64,000 nucleotides of DNA. Source: Octopus bimaculoides (Eukaryota). Shown piece by piece: positions 1 through 11,207 of the stretch (positions are counted from its first letter, which is position 1; the number at the start of each line of letters is the position of its first letter). The stretch spans positions 45,422,090 to 45,486,089 of the forward strand of contig NC_068999.1 in assembly GCF_001194135.2 (NCBI RefSeq), read 5' to 3'. A model generated the notes under the pieces. It was not told where the DNA came from. It searched no databases and worked only from the letters and a program-made list of their open reading frames with translations. A program made the translations under genes and the position numbers.

Positions 1-558
1 TGCCATATAAACTTTTGATGTTAATCTCATAAGAATAATGTTATAATTATATGAAATCTGTTCTTTGGAAAATGGTTTGGCTTCTGACAAATATAAAAGG
101 AGCAGACCAAACAAAAGAAATAATGTATGGTTGTTTAAGTAGTTAATGGCACTGGAATTCTTAATCTCTTTTAATGGTTTGTTGACCTTAAGACACTGAG
201 GCAGCAGTCGATCCAAAACCTTTGCCAGACATTTAAGAATTTAGAGAGAGAAAAAGAGAACAAAATAAAGGTCGGATAAATTTTTACTATTACACTGTGT
301 TACTTTGAAGGTGGAATATGTTTTTTTTCTTATGGTTTTTGATGTTTTGATGTGTTCTGAACAAATCTGATCATCAAAACTGTTTGAAATCATGAAATCA
401 CTTGTTCTTTAGGTAACCTCTTCCCTGTAAGTGAGGTGGGTGATTCCAGCTGCTGTATAACCCCAGGTGAACTCAAATTGACCAGTCTTACAATATACTG
501 TCAGCCAAACGATGAAGTGTGATCCACAAGATTGCTATTCCCAAATATACCAAATTTC

Positions 559-773
559 TAAGACGGCGAGCTGGCAGAAACATTAGCACACCATGCAAAA
601 TACTTAGCGGTATTTCGTCTGTCTTTACGTTCTGAGTTCAAATTCCGCCGAGGTTGACTTTGCCTTTCATCCTTTCAGGGTCGATAAATTAAGTACCAGT
701 TGCATACTAGGTCAATCTAATCAACTGGCCGCCCTCTCCAAAAATTTTGGGCCTTGTGCCTGGAGTAGAAAAG
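559..773 (+). mobile_element. tRNA-derived SINE family A, full length, with 15-bp target-site duplication
   Basis: GGCGAGCTGGCAGAA head, GAGTTCAAATTCC B-box-like motif, TTGCCTTTCATCCTTT core; AATATACCAAATTTC at 544-558 and 774-788. Confidence 0.85.
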
Positions 774-789
774 AATATACCAAATTTCA

Positions 790-1146
790 ATGGTTCCAGG
801 CTCAGTCCCACTGTGTGGCACCCTGTGCAATTATCTTTTACTTTAGACTTGGGCCAACCAAAGCCTTGCAAGTGGATTTTATTGAAGGAAGCCAAAAAAC
901 ACCTGATATATATATATATATATGTGTGTGTGTTTGTGTTTGTCCCCCACCATTGCTTGAAACCCAATGCTGGTTTGTTTACATCCCATAACTTAGCAGT
1001 CGGCCAAGAGAGACTGATAGAATAAGTACCAGGCTTAAAGATAAAATAAATAAAAAATAAAAGAACTGGGTCAATTCATTTGACTAAAAATTCATTGTGG
1101 TGCCCCAGTATGGTCGCAATCTATTGACTGAAACAAATAAACGATA
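790..1146 (+). mobile_element. SINE family B (internal TA/TG microsatellite), 5' truncated
   Basis: CAGTCCCACTGTGTGGCACC ... AGTGGATTT ... (TA/TG)n ... GATAGAATAAGTACCAGG ... GACTGAAACA blocks shared with other copies. Confidence 0.8.
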
Positions 1147-1216
1147 TAAAATATTGTCCCTGAATACAACACCTGATTTTTAATGTACACACCTGCAATA
1201 CCAAACCAAAGTAATT

Positions 1217-1357
1217 TACCGTATTTACTGGTGCATAAGCCATACTAGTTTATACTTAATTTCAACTGCAAAAAACAAGTCTGAACATGAAGGGAAAACA
1301 TTTTGTATCAAGATTTAATACTAAATTAAGGATGCAATTTACACATGAGTAAATAAG
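1217..1357. mobile_element. Degenerate pogo/Tc1-like MITE
   Basis: Left end TACCGTATTTACTGGTGCATAA is loosely inverted to right end TTACACATGAGTAAATAAG. Confidence 0.45.
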
Positions 1358-1452
1358 AATATTCTGGTTCCTCGTTTCGCATGGGTGACTAACTTACCAC
1401 AGCACCACTTTGCTGTTACCATAAGCCAATACTTTAAAAGGGATATAGTCTT

Positions 1453-1586
1453 TTATTCTTTTGTTTGTTTCAGTCATTTGACTGCGGCCATGCTGGAGCA
1501 CCGTCTTTAGTCGAACAAATCGACCCCAGGACTTATTCTTTGTGAGCCTGGTACTTATTCTATCACTTTTGCCGAACCGCTAAGTT
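1453..1586 (-). mobile_element. SINE B 3' tail fragment
   Basis: TTTCAGTCATTTGACTGCGGCCATGCTGGAGCACC ... CCGAACCGCTAAG, close to other copies. Confidence 0.85.
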
Positions 1587-1914
1587 TTATATTATTATTT
1601 CATTCTGTGACTTTTGGATGTGTCTGTCATTTTAATTGGTTGTTGTTAATATTTCACTCACATCGTTCATATCCCTGGAAAAGCTATGAATGTCACTTCT
1701 TCGTTATCTTTGTATTTTAATTACAAGACAGAATTTTTTTTTATAAATATGTTAGTGAACAACTATGTGTTTAGGTGAATAGTTAACGAAAAGTCTGCTA
1801 ATTAATGGCAAAAAAAAATATTCTAAAAAGCAGTTATTTTGTTTGTTGTTTTGTTTAATCTGTGGAAACGACATCAGTGGATTAAGATTCTTGTTTACTT
1901 GCTTCGTTTAATTT

Positions 1915-2150
1915 TTCATTCAACATCCGCTTTCCTTGCTGGCATGGGTTAGACGGCTTGACTGGAATTGGTAAGCTGGAGGGCTGCACCTGGTTCCAGG
2001 ATTTCTGCAGTTGGGTGGTCTTCTTAATGCCAACTACTCTGAGAGCGTAATGGATGCTTTTTACGTGCTGCTGGCACAAGTGCCATTTACAGAACACCAG
2101 CAACGGCTGTGACAATGGTGCCATTTACACAATACTGGTAATGGCCAGTG
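1915..2150 (-). mobile_element. RTE-type LINE 3' UTR/tail fragment
   Basis: GCATGGGTTAGACGG, TAATGCCAACTACTCTGAGAG and TGGCAC repeats match the tail at 28068-28312. Confidence 0.7.
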
Positions 2151-2169
2151 TTTTTATTTTTCATATTTT

Positions 2170-2447
2170 GCTTGTTTTAGTCATTGGATTGCAGTCATGC
2201 TGGAGCACCACTTTGAAGGGTTTGGTCAAACAAACTGGCCCTTGTACTTATTTTATTTTATTTTATTTTATTTTATTTTATAAAGTCTGTCTCTTCTTGC
2301 TGAACTGCAAAGTTACGAGGATATAAAGAAACCAACACTGGTTGTCAAGTGGTGGTGGTGGGTGGGATTCACCATATCGACCCTGCAAAGATGAAAGGCG
2401 AAGTCAACCTCGGTGGAATTTGAACACAGGACATAAAGACAGATGGA
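2170..2447 (-). mobile_element. SINE B tail plus adjacent SINE A core fragment
   Basis: CATGCTGGAGCACCAC ... GGTTGTCAAG, then GATGAAAGGCGAAGTCAACCTCGGTGGAATTTGAAC. Confidence 0.7.
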
Positions 2448-3215
2448 AAAAAAAATAGGCCTCAACTTAAGTCGGTTTATCCATCTGTACATCAGCGTCG
2501 GCAAACATATTTAAAAGCATAAAAATTTTAAAAAAGAGGAAAAACACCTAAAAAACAACACTAAAGTAGAAAATTAAATAAAGTAGATGTGAAAATATGT
2601 ACAAACCATTTAGATTTATGCTAATAAATGTTTAAAAATATTTTTTCTGTGTTACATCAATTTTTGAGTTAAGTCACACGTTTTGGAACCTATTACTAGA
2701 GTGAGTTGAGGTATTGACTGAATTAACCAAAGTCTAAATGGATTTGTCAAATAGGCACCACACTTCATCCGTTTTTTTTTTCTTCTGTTTTTTTGTCATT
2801 CTTTTCTCAAAAATTTCTTTAGATTCCTATGTTTTCAATAATGGAAATTACGCTTTTGAGAAACAGAAAAAAAAAAGGGAAAAAGGTTCATTTAATTTTT
2901 TCTTTTTTTTTAACCAAACCTCATTTTGTTGCCTTTAACTTGTATTTTTGAATTTTGGAATTTTTTTTGTTAGAGATGGGTGGGAATTCGACATCTGAAA
3001 ATATGGTGACTATGATTCCGAAAAAGAAATTTCTTCCAAAATTTCAATGCTAATTTTTATTTTGAATTTGTGATCATAAACTGAAAGAATATCTTCTGTA
3101 TTTTTGTTGAGAGAAGTTCATAAGATTTAGTGACATTCATGCCTTTACTCAGCTTAACAACAGCAGTGATGTAAAACTGGGGTCCCTAACCACCAGGCTG
3201 CAGACCAGGACCAGA

Positions 3216-3478
3216 AGGTGAGTGGCTTAGCGGTCTGGGTATTTGGCTCATAATCGTAAGGTCATGAGTTCATTTCCTGGCAGTGTATATTGCGCCCTTG
3301 AGCAAGGCACTTTATTTCACATTGCTCTTGTTCACTCAACTCACAAAAATTAGTTGTACCTGTAATTCAAAGGGGCCAGCCTTGTCACATTTGTGTTATG
3401 CTGAATATCTCTGGGAACAACATTAAGGGTACACGTGTCTGTGGAGTACTCAGCCACTTGCATGTTAATTTCTAACGA
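3216..3478 (+). mobile_element. tRNA-derived SINE family C
   Basis: GTGGCTTAGCGG head, GAGTTCATTTCC, CCTTGAGCAAGGCACTT core, GTGGAGTACTCAGCCACTTGCA. Confidence 0.8.
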
Positions 3479-4789
3479 AGCCCTGCCTTCCTAGAAGCAA
3501 GTCAAACAACTGAAAGAGGAGAAGGAGGAGGATGATGATGATGACGAGGAGGAGGAGGAGGAGGAATGAGTGAAAAGGAGATGCTTAGGCTGAGGCGATA
3601 TAGAGACCAGCTAGCTCTGAAGAGGCCATAGTAGCAGCAGTGATACAAAAGGCAGATGGAGAGAGAGAGAGAGAGGGAGGGAGGGCAGTGATTAAAATGT
3701 GATCTTTGCCTACATGTTCCTCCTACAAAAGATGGCCTTCACCTCATTGAGAGAAATTGATATTTGAATAGCGTAGGAAAACTCCATCATTGTTGACTTT
3801 CACTTCCATTCGTCCATATATATATATAACCTCTCTCTTTTACAAAAAAAACTGTCATTCTACCTTATCAAAAGACATCGATATCTGAATAGTTTTGGGT
3901 GGTGGAGCTTGGTGGTGTCTTTATATTCTATAGTATCCAATTCCATTTGTCACTTTTTCTGGGCTTGAATCCCATTAGAATTAATTTCTACTTCTTATTC
4001 ATCTCCCCCACCACCACCACCACCACACACTCATGGCCACATAACACCTTCAGCACCCCTCCCTGTTTTTATGTGTAAATAAATATTTTACATTTTACTA
4101 ATTTATACATACTATAAATCATTTGATATTTAATATAATATTATATAATTTGCATACAATAATATAATAATATTATGAATTCATAGCGTCCCCCAATCTG
4201 AATGCTAAAAGGTTAATTTAAGGGAGATTTGGCTGCTATTGTTACCAGGTCAAGCAACTNNNNNNNNNNNNNNNNNNNNNNNNNNNNNNNNNNNNNNNNN
4301 NNNNNNNNNNNNNNNNNNNNNNNNNNNNNNNNNNNNNNNNNNNNNNNNNNNNNNNNNNNNNNNNNNNNNNNNNNNNNNNNNNNNNNNNNNNNNNNNNNNN
4401 NNNNNNNNNNNNNNNNNNNNNNNNNNNNNNNNNNNNNNNNNNNNNNNNNNNNNNNNNNNNNNNNNNNNNNNNNNNNNNNNNNNNNNNNNNNNNNNNNNNN
4501 NNNNNNNNNNNNNNNNNNNNNNNNNNNNNNNNNNNNNNNNNNNNNNNNNNNNNNNNNNNNNNNNNNNNNNNNNNNTATATTATCTTCTGACCCACTGACT
4601 GTTTTATGGATGATCCTTCATGTGGTTGTAATCTCAAAAGAAAGAACGAACAAAACCAGAATATTGATAAAGTATAAACATCATCAACATAAAAAAAAAA
4701 ATTTTCAAAGAAATTTACAGTCATATTTCAGATGTCTTTTTACTTTCCTGTTTTTAAGTATGAAATATTTATCATTTTTTTTTTTTTTT

Positions 4790-5060
4790 CACTTCTTTCA
4801 GTCATTGGACTGTGGCCACCCTGGGGCACCACCTTCAAGGGTTTAGTTAAACAAATCAACCCCAGTAATTATTTTTATATCTGGTTCATATTTTGTCTCT
4901 TTTGCTGAACTGTTAAGCTACAGGAACACAAACAAACCAACATTGGTTGTCAAGAAGGCACATATATAATGACAGGCTTCCTTCTGTTTCCATCAAATCT
5001 ATTCACAAGGAAGCCCAGGGCTATATAAGAAGACACATGTACAAGGTGCTATGTCTGGTA
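4790..5060 (-). mobile_element. SINE B, diverged
   Basis: TTTCAGTCATTGGACTGTGGCCA ... TTTGCTGAACTGTTAAG ... CAAGGTGCTATG. Confidence 0.7.
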
Positions 5061-5080
5061 CTGCATCAGAGCATTTATTA

Positions 5081-5119
<39 letters not shown>

Positions 5120-5531
5120 TTTGTCTTGTTAGAGTGAGACCTGTCATTAAGTATTTTCCAAGAGATTTTAACATTTTGCTTTTAGTGTATTGGTTTTTGA
5201 ATGAGAGCTCCATCTTTAATGTTAACCAAGAAAATTGTGACTGATTAAATCTTAAAAGTAATCTGTTTAATGTAATCAGAGAAAATACGAGACTGCGTTG
5301 ATTAGCTGTCTTATGTGCAACAAAAATCTTGTTTAATTATGGATGATTTAACTGCCGAGAATTTTAACGTAAACTGATATTAGACATCAGAGACACTGTA
5401 GAATTTTATTTGGCGCTACTAAGTTCATTTTGGCACACTGCTTACCCAAATGTGCAAACATTTTTTGACATCCAAATAAATTCCCAGACTCACTTAGAAT
5501 GTACTTCCTGCACCCCTTCTTACAAACCCTG

Positions 5532-5761
5532 TTAACCCTTTCGTTACAGTATTTATTTTGAGATGCTCTGTGTTTCTTTCAATTAATTTTAAACATAACA
5601 AAGAATTTAGTTAAATAACTTGGTTATCATTAAGCTAATGTTAGGAACATAATTTGTGACTAAGGTTTGGTGGAAGATTTTAATTCAAAACTGATGAAAA
5701 CAAGACATTTGTACTACAGAGCCAAAGGTGGTTTTAGCCAGGTTGGTATTGAAATGGTTAA
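5532..5761 (+). mobile_element. piggyBac-type MITE copy 1
   Basis: TTAA-CCCTTTCGTTAC ... GAAATGG-TTAA; internal sequence near-identical to the next copy. Confidence 0.75.
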
Positions 5762-5784
5762 GAATTATTTCTCTATTATATATT

Positions 5785-6014
5785 TTAACTCTTTTGTTAC
5801 CATATTTCTGTTGAGATGCTCTGTGTTTCTTTCAATTAATTTTAAACATAACAAAGAATTTAGTAAAATAACTTGGTTATCATTAAGCTAGTGTTAAGAA
5901 CATAAATTGTGACTAAGGTTTGGTGGAAGATTTTAATTCAAAACTTATTTAAACAAGACATTTGTATTACAGAGCCAGAGCTAGTTTCAGCCAGGTTAGT
6001 AACAAAAGGGTTAA
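5785..6014 (+). mobile_element. piggyBac-type MITE copy 2 (tandem)
   Basis: TTAA-CTCTTTTGTTAC ... GTAACAAAAGGG-TTAA. Confidence 0.8.
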
Positions 6015-6016
6015 GA

Positions 6017-6162
6017 ATTGTTTCGGTTCAGCAAAAGTGACTGATAGAATAAGTACCAGGTTTAACAGAATGAATGTACTGGGGTCGATGTGTTCAACTA
6101 AACATTCTAAAAGGTGGTGCCCCTGCATGACTGCAGTAAAATGACTGAAACAAGTAAAAGAC
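6017..6162 (+). mobile_element. SINE B 3' tail fragment
   Basis: TTCGGTTCAGCAAAAG ... GGTGGTGCCCCTGCATGACTGCAG ... GACTGAAACAAGTAAAAGA. Confidence 0.75.
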
Positions 6163-6924
6163 ATGTTCTAAGAAATGAAGCTTAATGTTGGTGGAAGAAG
6201 AACGACAGGTACAAGTATATGGGTATGATGTCTTGTAATTCTTGGGCAGCATTTCAATGTTTTAGCTCTGTGGATATTGAATAATAAGAATTCTTGGTGT
6301 CGAAACCACAATGATTTCCAATACAGTAGCTAATGATGGGTTGTTCATCTATTTAGATTAAAATTATTATTTATTGTGATGTTTACATACTTGTTTGTAT
6401 GTTGTTTTTGGTTTGTCTTTGTGTGTTCTTCCTCCTGTTGGTTTTATCCCTGTTCATAGTCCAAGTGATTAAGGGTAATCCCTTGTTGCCTGGTATGAGA
6501 CTGGATCTAGTATTTTTCTTTGTTTTTGTTGCTTCATTTTATGAGAACGCTTTAAAGTGTCTTACATTTAATTAGCTTGAGATGGATGTTGTAATTGGTT
6601 ATTAACAACATTATATCAGGAAATTAAGAAGAAATAAAATTATTAGGTTAATTAATAGCTCGTAATTACATTATGCTTGACTTGCAATACTCATTATTAA
6701 GTTCAGAGATGTGGAAACTTTGGCTAATAACAGTGAATTAGACAAAAATAAAATCCCTTTGATTGAAGGACCGGGGCAAAAATCCAGCAGGTGAAGAAGA
6801 AAAATATAGGACCATTTGTCGGCTGAGTTCTGAATTGTATTTCAAAGTCTTTAACACTTGTGGCAAAAGATTTCACTTGTATAGAATGAACAAATAGAAC
6901 CTGATCATATATGGAAGCTCTTCT

Positions 6925-7620
6925 TTTTTCTCTTCCTCCTCTATCTCCTATTTTTCCTCTTCTATCTCCGCTTTTTCCTCCTCTTCTACCTCCTCTACCT
7001 CTCCTTCTACCTCCTCTCCCTGCTCTTCTATCTCTTCTACCTCTTCTATCTCCTCCCCTCCTCTTCTTCCTCCTCTACCGCTGCTACTTCCTCTTCTACC
7101 TCCTCTTCTACTTCTCTTCCACCTCCTCTACCTCCTGTTCTATTTTCTCTTCTATCTCCTCTTCTTCCTCCTCTACTTCCTCTTCTTCCTCCTCTACTTC
7201 CTCTTCTTCCTCCTCTACTTCCTCTTCTTCCTCCTCTACCTCCTCTTCTTCCTCCACCCCTCCTCTACCTCCTCTTCTATTTCCTCTTCCACTTCCTCTT
7301 CACTTTCCTCCCTTGTCTCCTCTTCTACCTCCTCTTCTTCCTCCTCTACCTCCTCTTCTACTTCTCTTCCACCTCCTCTTCTATCTCCTCTTCCACCTCC
7401 TCTTCTCTTTCCTCTCTTGTCTCCTCGTCTACCTCCTCTTCTACCTCTTCCATCTCCTCCTCTTCCCCTCCATCTCCTCTTCTACCTCCTNNNNNNNNNN
7501 NNNCTCTTCCACCTCCTCTTCTCTTTCCTCTCTTGTCTCCTCGTCTACCTCCTCTTCTACCTCTTCCATCTCCTCCTCTTCCCCTCCATCTCCTCTTCTC
7601 CCTCTTCCCCCTCTCTTTCC
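6925..7620. repeat. Homopyrimidine/homopurine low-complexity tract (CCT/CTT; ~18-bp TCTTCTTCCTCCTCTACT sub-units)
   Basis: About 700 nt almost entirely C/T on + with sparse A; 13-N gap at 7491-7503. Confidence 0.95.
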
Positions 7621-8192
7621 CCATCGTCATCATATAGCTTGGACAACATTGCCTGATGTACATTTTGTTTTATTTTTTATCTTTTTTTTTTTATTTAGAT
7701 ATGATATGATTTGAGAATTATCTAGCTCTGCTTTTTCTAGCGAGTCAAATCAAACGACTCCGTGCAGAGGTTCATTTATTTTCTCATTAAAGAGATATAT
7801 TTATGGCTTTCATTATTACCCAAAGCTGTTTGCAAATATCTTATCAATCGAAATATCTATTATCTTATTACAGAAGCTGTAATAAATCAAGAAATTTGAA
7901 TAATAAACGAGATTCCTAGATAAAGAACACCATATCTCTGAATTCCAATCTAATTATAATTGTTCCGTTGTAGATGGGTTTTCTGTCCAGTTTTTGACAA
8001 CTTATGCAAAATAGATGCATAAATTTAAATAATTTTGAATGAATGATAATTCTACATATAACTGACCGATTCCAATAACGTTTGTGTATCTTTTTCTTGA
8101 AGTAATGAAGATCTATCTATCGAAGCCAATCTTTGGATAGAATCAATATTTTGTTTGAAGTATAAGACTTCATTTATATGCGTTTTGTCACG

Positions 8193-8251
8193 TAGGTGTA
8201 GTTATGGCTGCGTGGTAAGAAATTTGCTTCCTAACCCCATGGCCCTGGGTT
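8193..8251 (+). mobile_element. SINE B head only (tRNA-like A/B box region)
   Basis: GTAGGTGTAGTTATGGCTGCGTGGTAAGAAATTTGCTTCCTAACCCCATGGCCCTGGGTT; similarity stops just before the hammerhead. Confidence 0.7.
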
Positions 8252-8255
8252 ATAA

Positions 8256-8357
8256 ACTTCATTAGCTTACAGCTGTTTCTGCTACAAGATGCAGTGGACT
8301 CATAGTTGGATGCCTGAGTAACACCTTATAGCTTCATCAGAGCCACAAACATGAAGT
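8256..8357 (-). ncRNA. Candidate type I hammerhead ribozyme
   Basis: Minus strand reads ACUUCAU-GUUUG-UGGCU-CUGAUGA-A-GCUAUAAGGUGU...GCAUCUUGUAGC-A-GAAA-C-AGCU-G-UA^AGCUA-AUGAAGU: complete core, helix I 5+7 bp with a bulge, 12-bp helix II, 2-bp helix III. Confidence 0.75.
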
Positions 8358-8489
8358 GCAATTTATTTCATAAGATAATCGTTTATTTCTTCCTTATTAC
8401 TGGTCTGTACTTGACTAATGCTTTGGTCTGAACCATATGTCTATTGAATTCTCTACCACATTATTAGTATCACAATATCTAAGCAACAT

Positions 8490-8504
8490 ATGTATGTATA
8501 TATG

Positions 8505-8552
<48 letters not shown>

Positions 8553-8628
8553 TAAAGATGGCTACAGCTATCCTATCTATATCTTAGATTGTGCTTCTCT
8601 TTACGATTTATGATCTACTAACAATATA

Positions 8629-8673
<45 letters not shown>

Positions 8674-8819
8674 NNNNNNNNNNNNNNNNNNNNNNNNNNN
8701 NNNNNNNNNNNNNNNNNNNNNNNNNNNNNNNNNNNNNNNNNNNNNNNNNNNNNNNNNNNNNNNNNNNNNNNNNNNNNNNNNNNNNNNNNNNNNNNNNNNN
8801 NNNNNNNNNNNNNNNNNNN

Positions 8820-8880
<61 letters not shown>
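8490..8880. repeat. (TA)n / (CA)n microsatellites flanking an N gap
   Basis: Direct reading. Confidence 0.95.
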
Positions 8881-8883
<3 letters not shown>

Positions 8884-9101
8884 TATATGTGTGTATCTAT
8901 GTAATCTCACAGATATATAAGTAACAGATATGTCAGATAACTTAATTAAAAATTTTAATTCACATCACTTATTTACATAATTAAATGGCTTCAATTCTTC
9001 ATATTTATAGCAGACAGTCAGTCAAGTATACATTAAATTGATTTTTTTTTCATTTTCGTGTTTATTTATTTCTTGATATTTATTAATTTCATAAACACAC
9101 C

Positions 9102-9388
9102 TTAACCCTTTTGATAACCAATTCACCTGGCACCACCCATAGTTTTTCTAACACAAACCTACCTATTCTAGAATATTCATATCCAAATTAAAACCTTCCA
9201 CTGAAATTCCATCTATCTTAAGAACCTTTTGTTAATCTGTATTCAAAACACTGGTTTAATATATTATACCGATGAATGAAAAGCAAACTTGCCCACTAAA
9301 GCAAATCTTTGAAATACTCGATAATTTCCAGAATTAATTGAAACTTAAGCTTTGTATTTCGTTAGAAATGTTATCACGAAAGGGTTAA
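9102..9388 (-). mobile_element. piggyBac-type MITE (same family as 5532, opposite orientation)
   Basis: TTAA-CCCTTTTGATAAC ... GTTATCACGAAAGGG-TTAA; AATTAATTGAAA is the reverse complement of the 5532 internal motif. Confidence 0.75.
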
Positions 9389-9570
9389 CACATTTTCCAT
9401 TCAACTCACCTGCGCTCAGCTTTTATCGTATATCGTTAGCATTATTAGCATTATATAGTCAACCTGAAGTGATTCTTCTCCGATAGCCATGCATCTTCTG
9501 CAATTTACTGTACATGTTTCTCACTGTTTCTCATTTGTTAATGTTACTGCACCATCACATGTCTTCTTAT

Positions 9571-9616
<46 letters not shown>

Positions 9617-10357
9617 GCATTGCTTCCACATCCCGCTCCATGTCATTTGAAGAAGGTTTGGTTATAATTCATGCCACGTTTATTCTTCAGGCTGGTTTCN
9701 NNNNNNNNNNNNNNNNNNNNNNNNNNNNNNNNNNNNNNNNNNNNNNNNNNNNNNNNNNNNNNNNNNNNNNNNNNNNNNNNNNNNNNNNNNNNNNNNNNNN
9801 NNNNNNNNNNNNNNNNNNNNNNNNNNNNNNNNNNNNNNNNNNNNNNNNNNNNNNNNNNNNNNNNNNNNNNNNNNNNNNNNNNNNNNNNNNNNNNNNNNNN
9901 NNNNNNNNNNNNNNNNNNNNNNNNNNNNNNNNNNNNNNNNNNNNNNNNNNNNNNNNNNNNNNNNNNNNNNNNNNNNNNNNNNNNNNNNNNNNNNNNNNNN
10001 NNNNNNNNNNNNNNNNNNNNNNNNNNNNNNNNNNNNNNNNNNNNNNNNNNNNNNNNNNNNNNNNNNNNNNNNNNNNNNNNNNNNNNNNNNNNNNNNNNNN
10101 NNNNNNNNNNNNNNNNNNNNNNNNNNNNNNNNNNNNNNNNNNNNNNNNNNNNNNNNNNNNNNNNNNNNNNNNNNNNNNNNNNNNNNNNNNNNNNNNNNNN
10201 NNNNNNNNNNNNNNNNNNNNNNNNNNNNNNNNNNNNNNNNNNNNNNNNNNNNNNNNNNNNNNNNNNNNNNNNNNNNNNNNNNNNNNNNNNNNNNNNNNNN
10301 NNNNNNNNNNNNNNNNNNNNNNNNNNNNNNNNNNNNNNNNNNNNNNNNNNNNNNNNN

Positions 10358-10594
10358 GAAAAATGGGGCAATAATAGGGTGACCAAAACAGGTCAAGGGA
10401 TGTAAAGAAAAAAACAAACAAACAAAATAAAGGGTTAATTAGGTTCAGTTTTATTTGTGAAATGCCGTTGCTAAGAATTTGCTGCAGAAAATGGTCCAAG
10501 TTTGTGGTGCTGATTGGTGATGGTGGCGGGGAGCACTAGGGATATGGCCTTAGAACCAAGGGGTCGGCAGCCTGAAAAAGTTTGGGCACCACTG
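10358..10594 (-). mobile_element. hAT (Charlie-like) MITE, left part lost in gap
   Basis: Ends TTTGGGCACCACTG; reverse complement of the 15259-15533 element. Confidence 0.75.
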
Positions 10595-10789
10595 CCTTAG
10601 ATGGTTTCATCAATCCAGTCAACCTCAGTATTTATTCTATTTGTCTCTTTTTGCCTGACTGCTAGGTTATGGATGGAGATATAAACAAACAAACAAACAA
10701 ACGTTTGTGAAACGGTGATACAAAAGCACACACACACATACAAACGTCTACCACCATACACAAAAGCGGTTATTAAAACAATGATGGCA

Positions 10790-11207
10790 GCCATGATGAT
10801 GATGGTGATGACAACGATGTTGATGACAATGATGATGATGGTGATAATGATGATGCTGATGATGATGACAATGACAACGAGGATGTTGATTGATGATGAT
10901 GATGATGATGACAATGATGATGTCGACGATGTTGATGATGACGATGTTGATAGTGATGATGCTGTTGATGATGACGATGATGATGATGATGACGATGATG
11001 ATGACGACGACAATGTTGATGATGATGATGATGATGACGACGACAATGTTGATGATGATGATGATGATGATGACGACGACAATGTTGATGATGACGCTGT
11101 TGATGATGACAATGATGATGATGACAACAATGTTGATGATAATGATGTGGATGATGACGATGATGATGACGACGATGTTGATGATGACAACAACGACAAC
11201 AATTTTG
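10790..11207. repeat. (GAT/GAC)n imperfect trinucleotide array
   Basis: Direct reading. Confidence 0.95.

Noticed and set aside
6740-6900. Laminin-G-like peptide FEIQFRTQPTNGPIFF on the minus strand
   Set aside because: Short motif only, poor acceptor, no donor; likely chance.
7388-7600. Apparent direct duplication around the 13-N gap (likewise 28170-28250 and 52905-53090)
   Set aside because: Identical sequence on both sides of tiny gaps is typical of unmerged contig overlaps.
6911-7714. 267-aa Leu/Pro/Ser-rich ORF
   Set aside because: Translation of a CT-only tract, which cannot contain stop codons.
9400-9560. Minus-strand exon ending at CAG|GTGAGT (about 9410)
   Set aside because: All three upstream frames contain stops; at most a non-coding exon.
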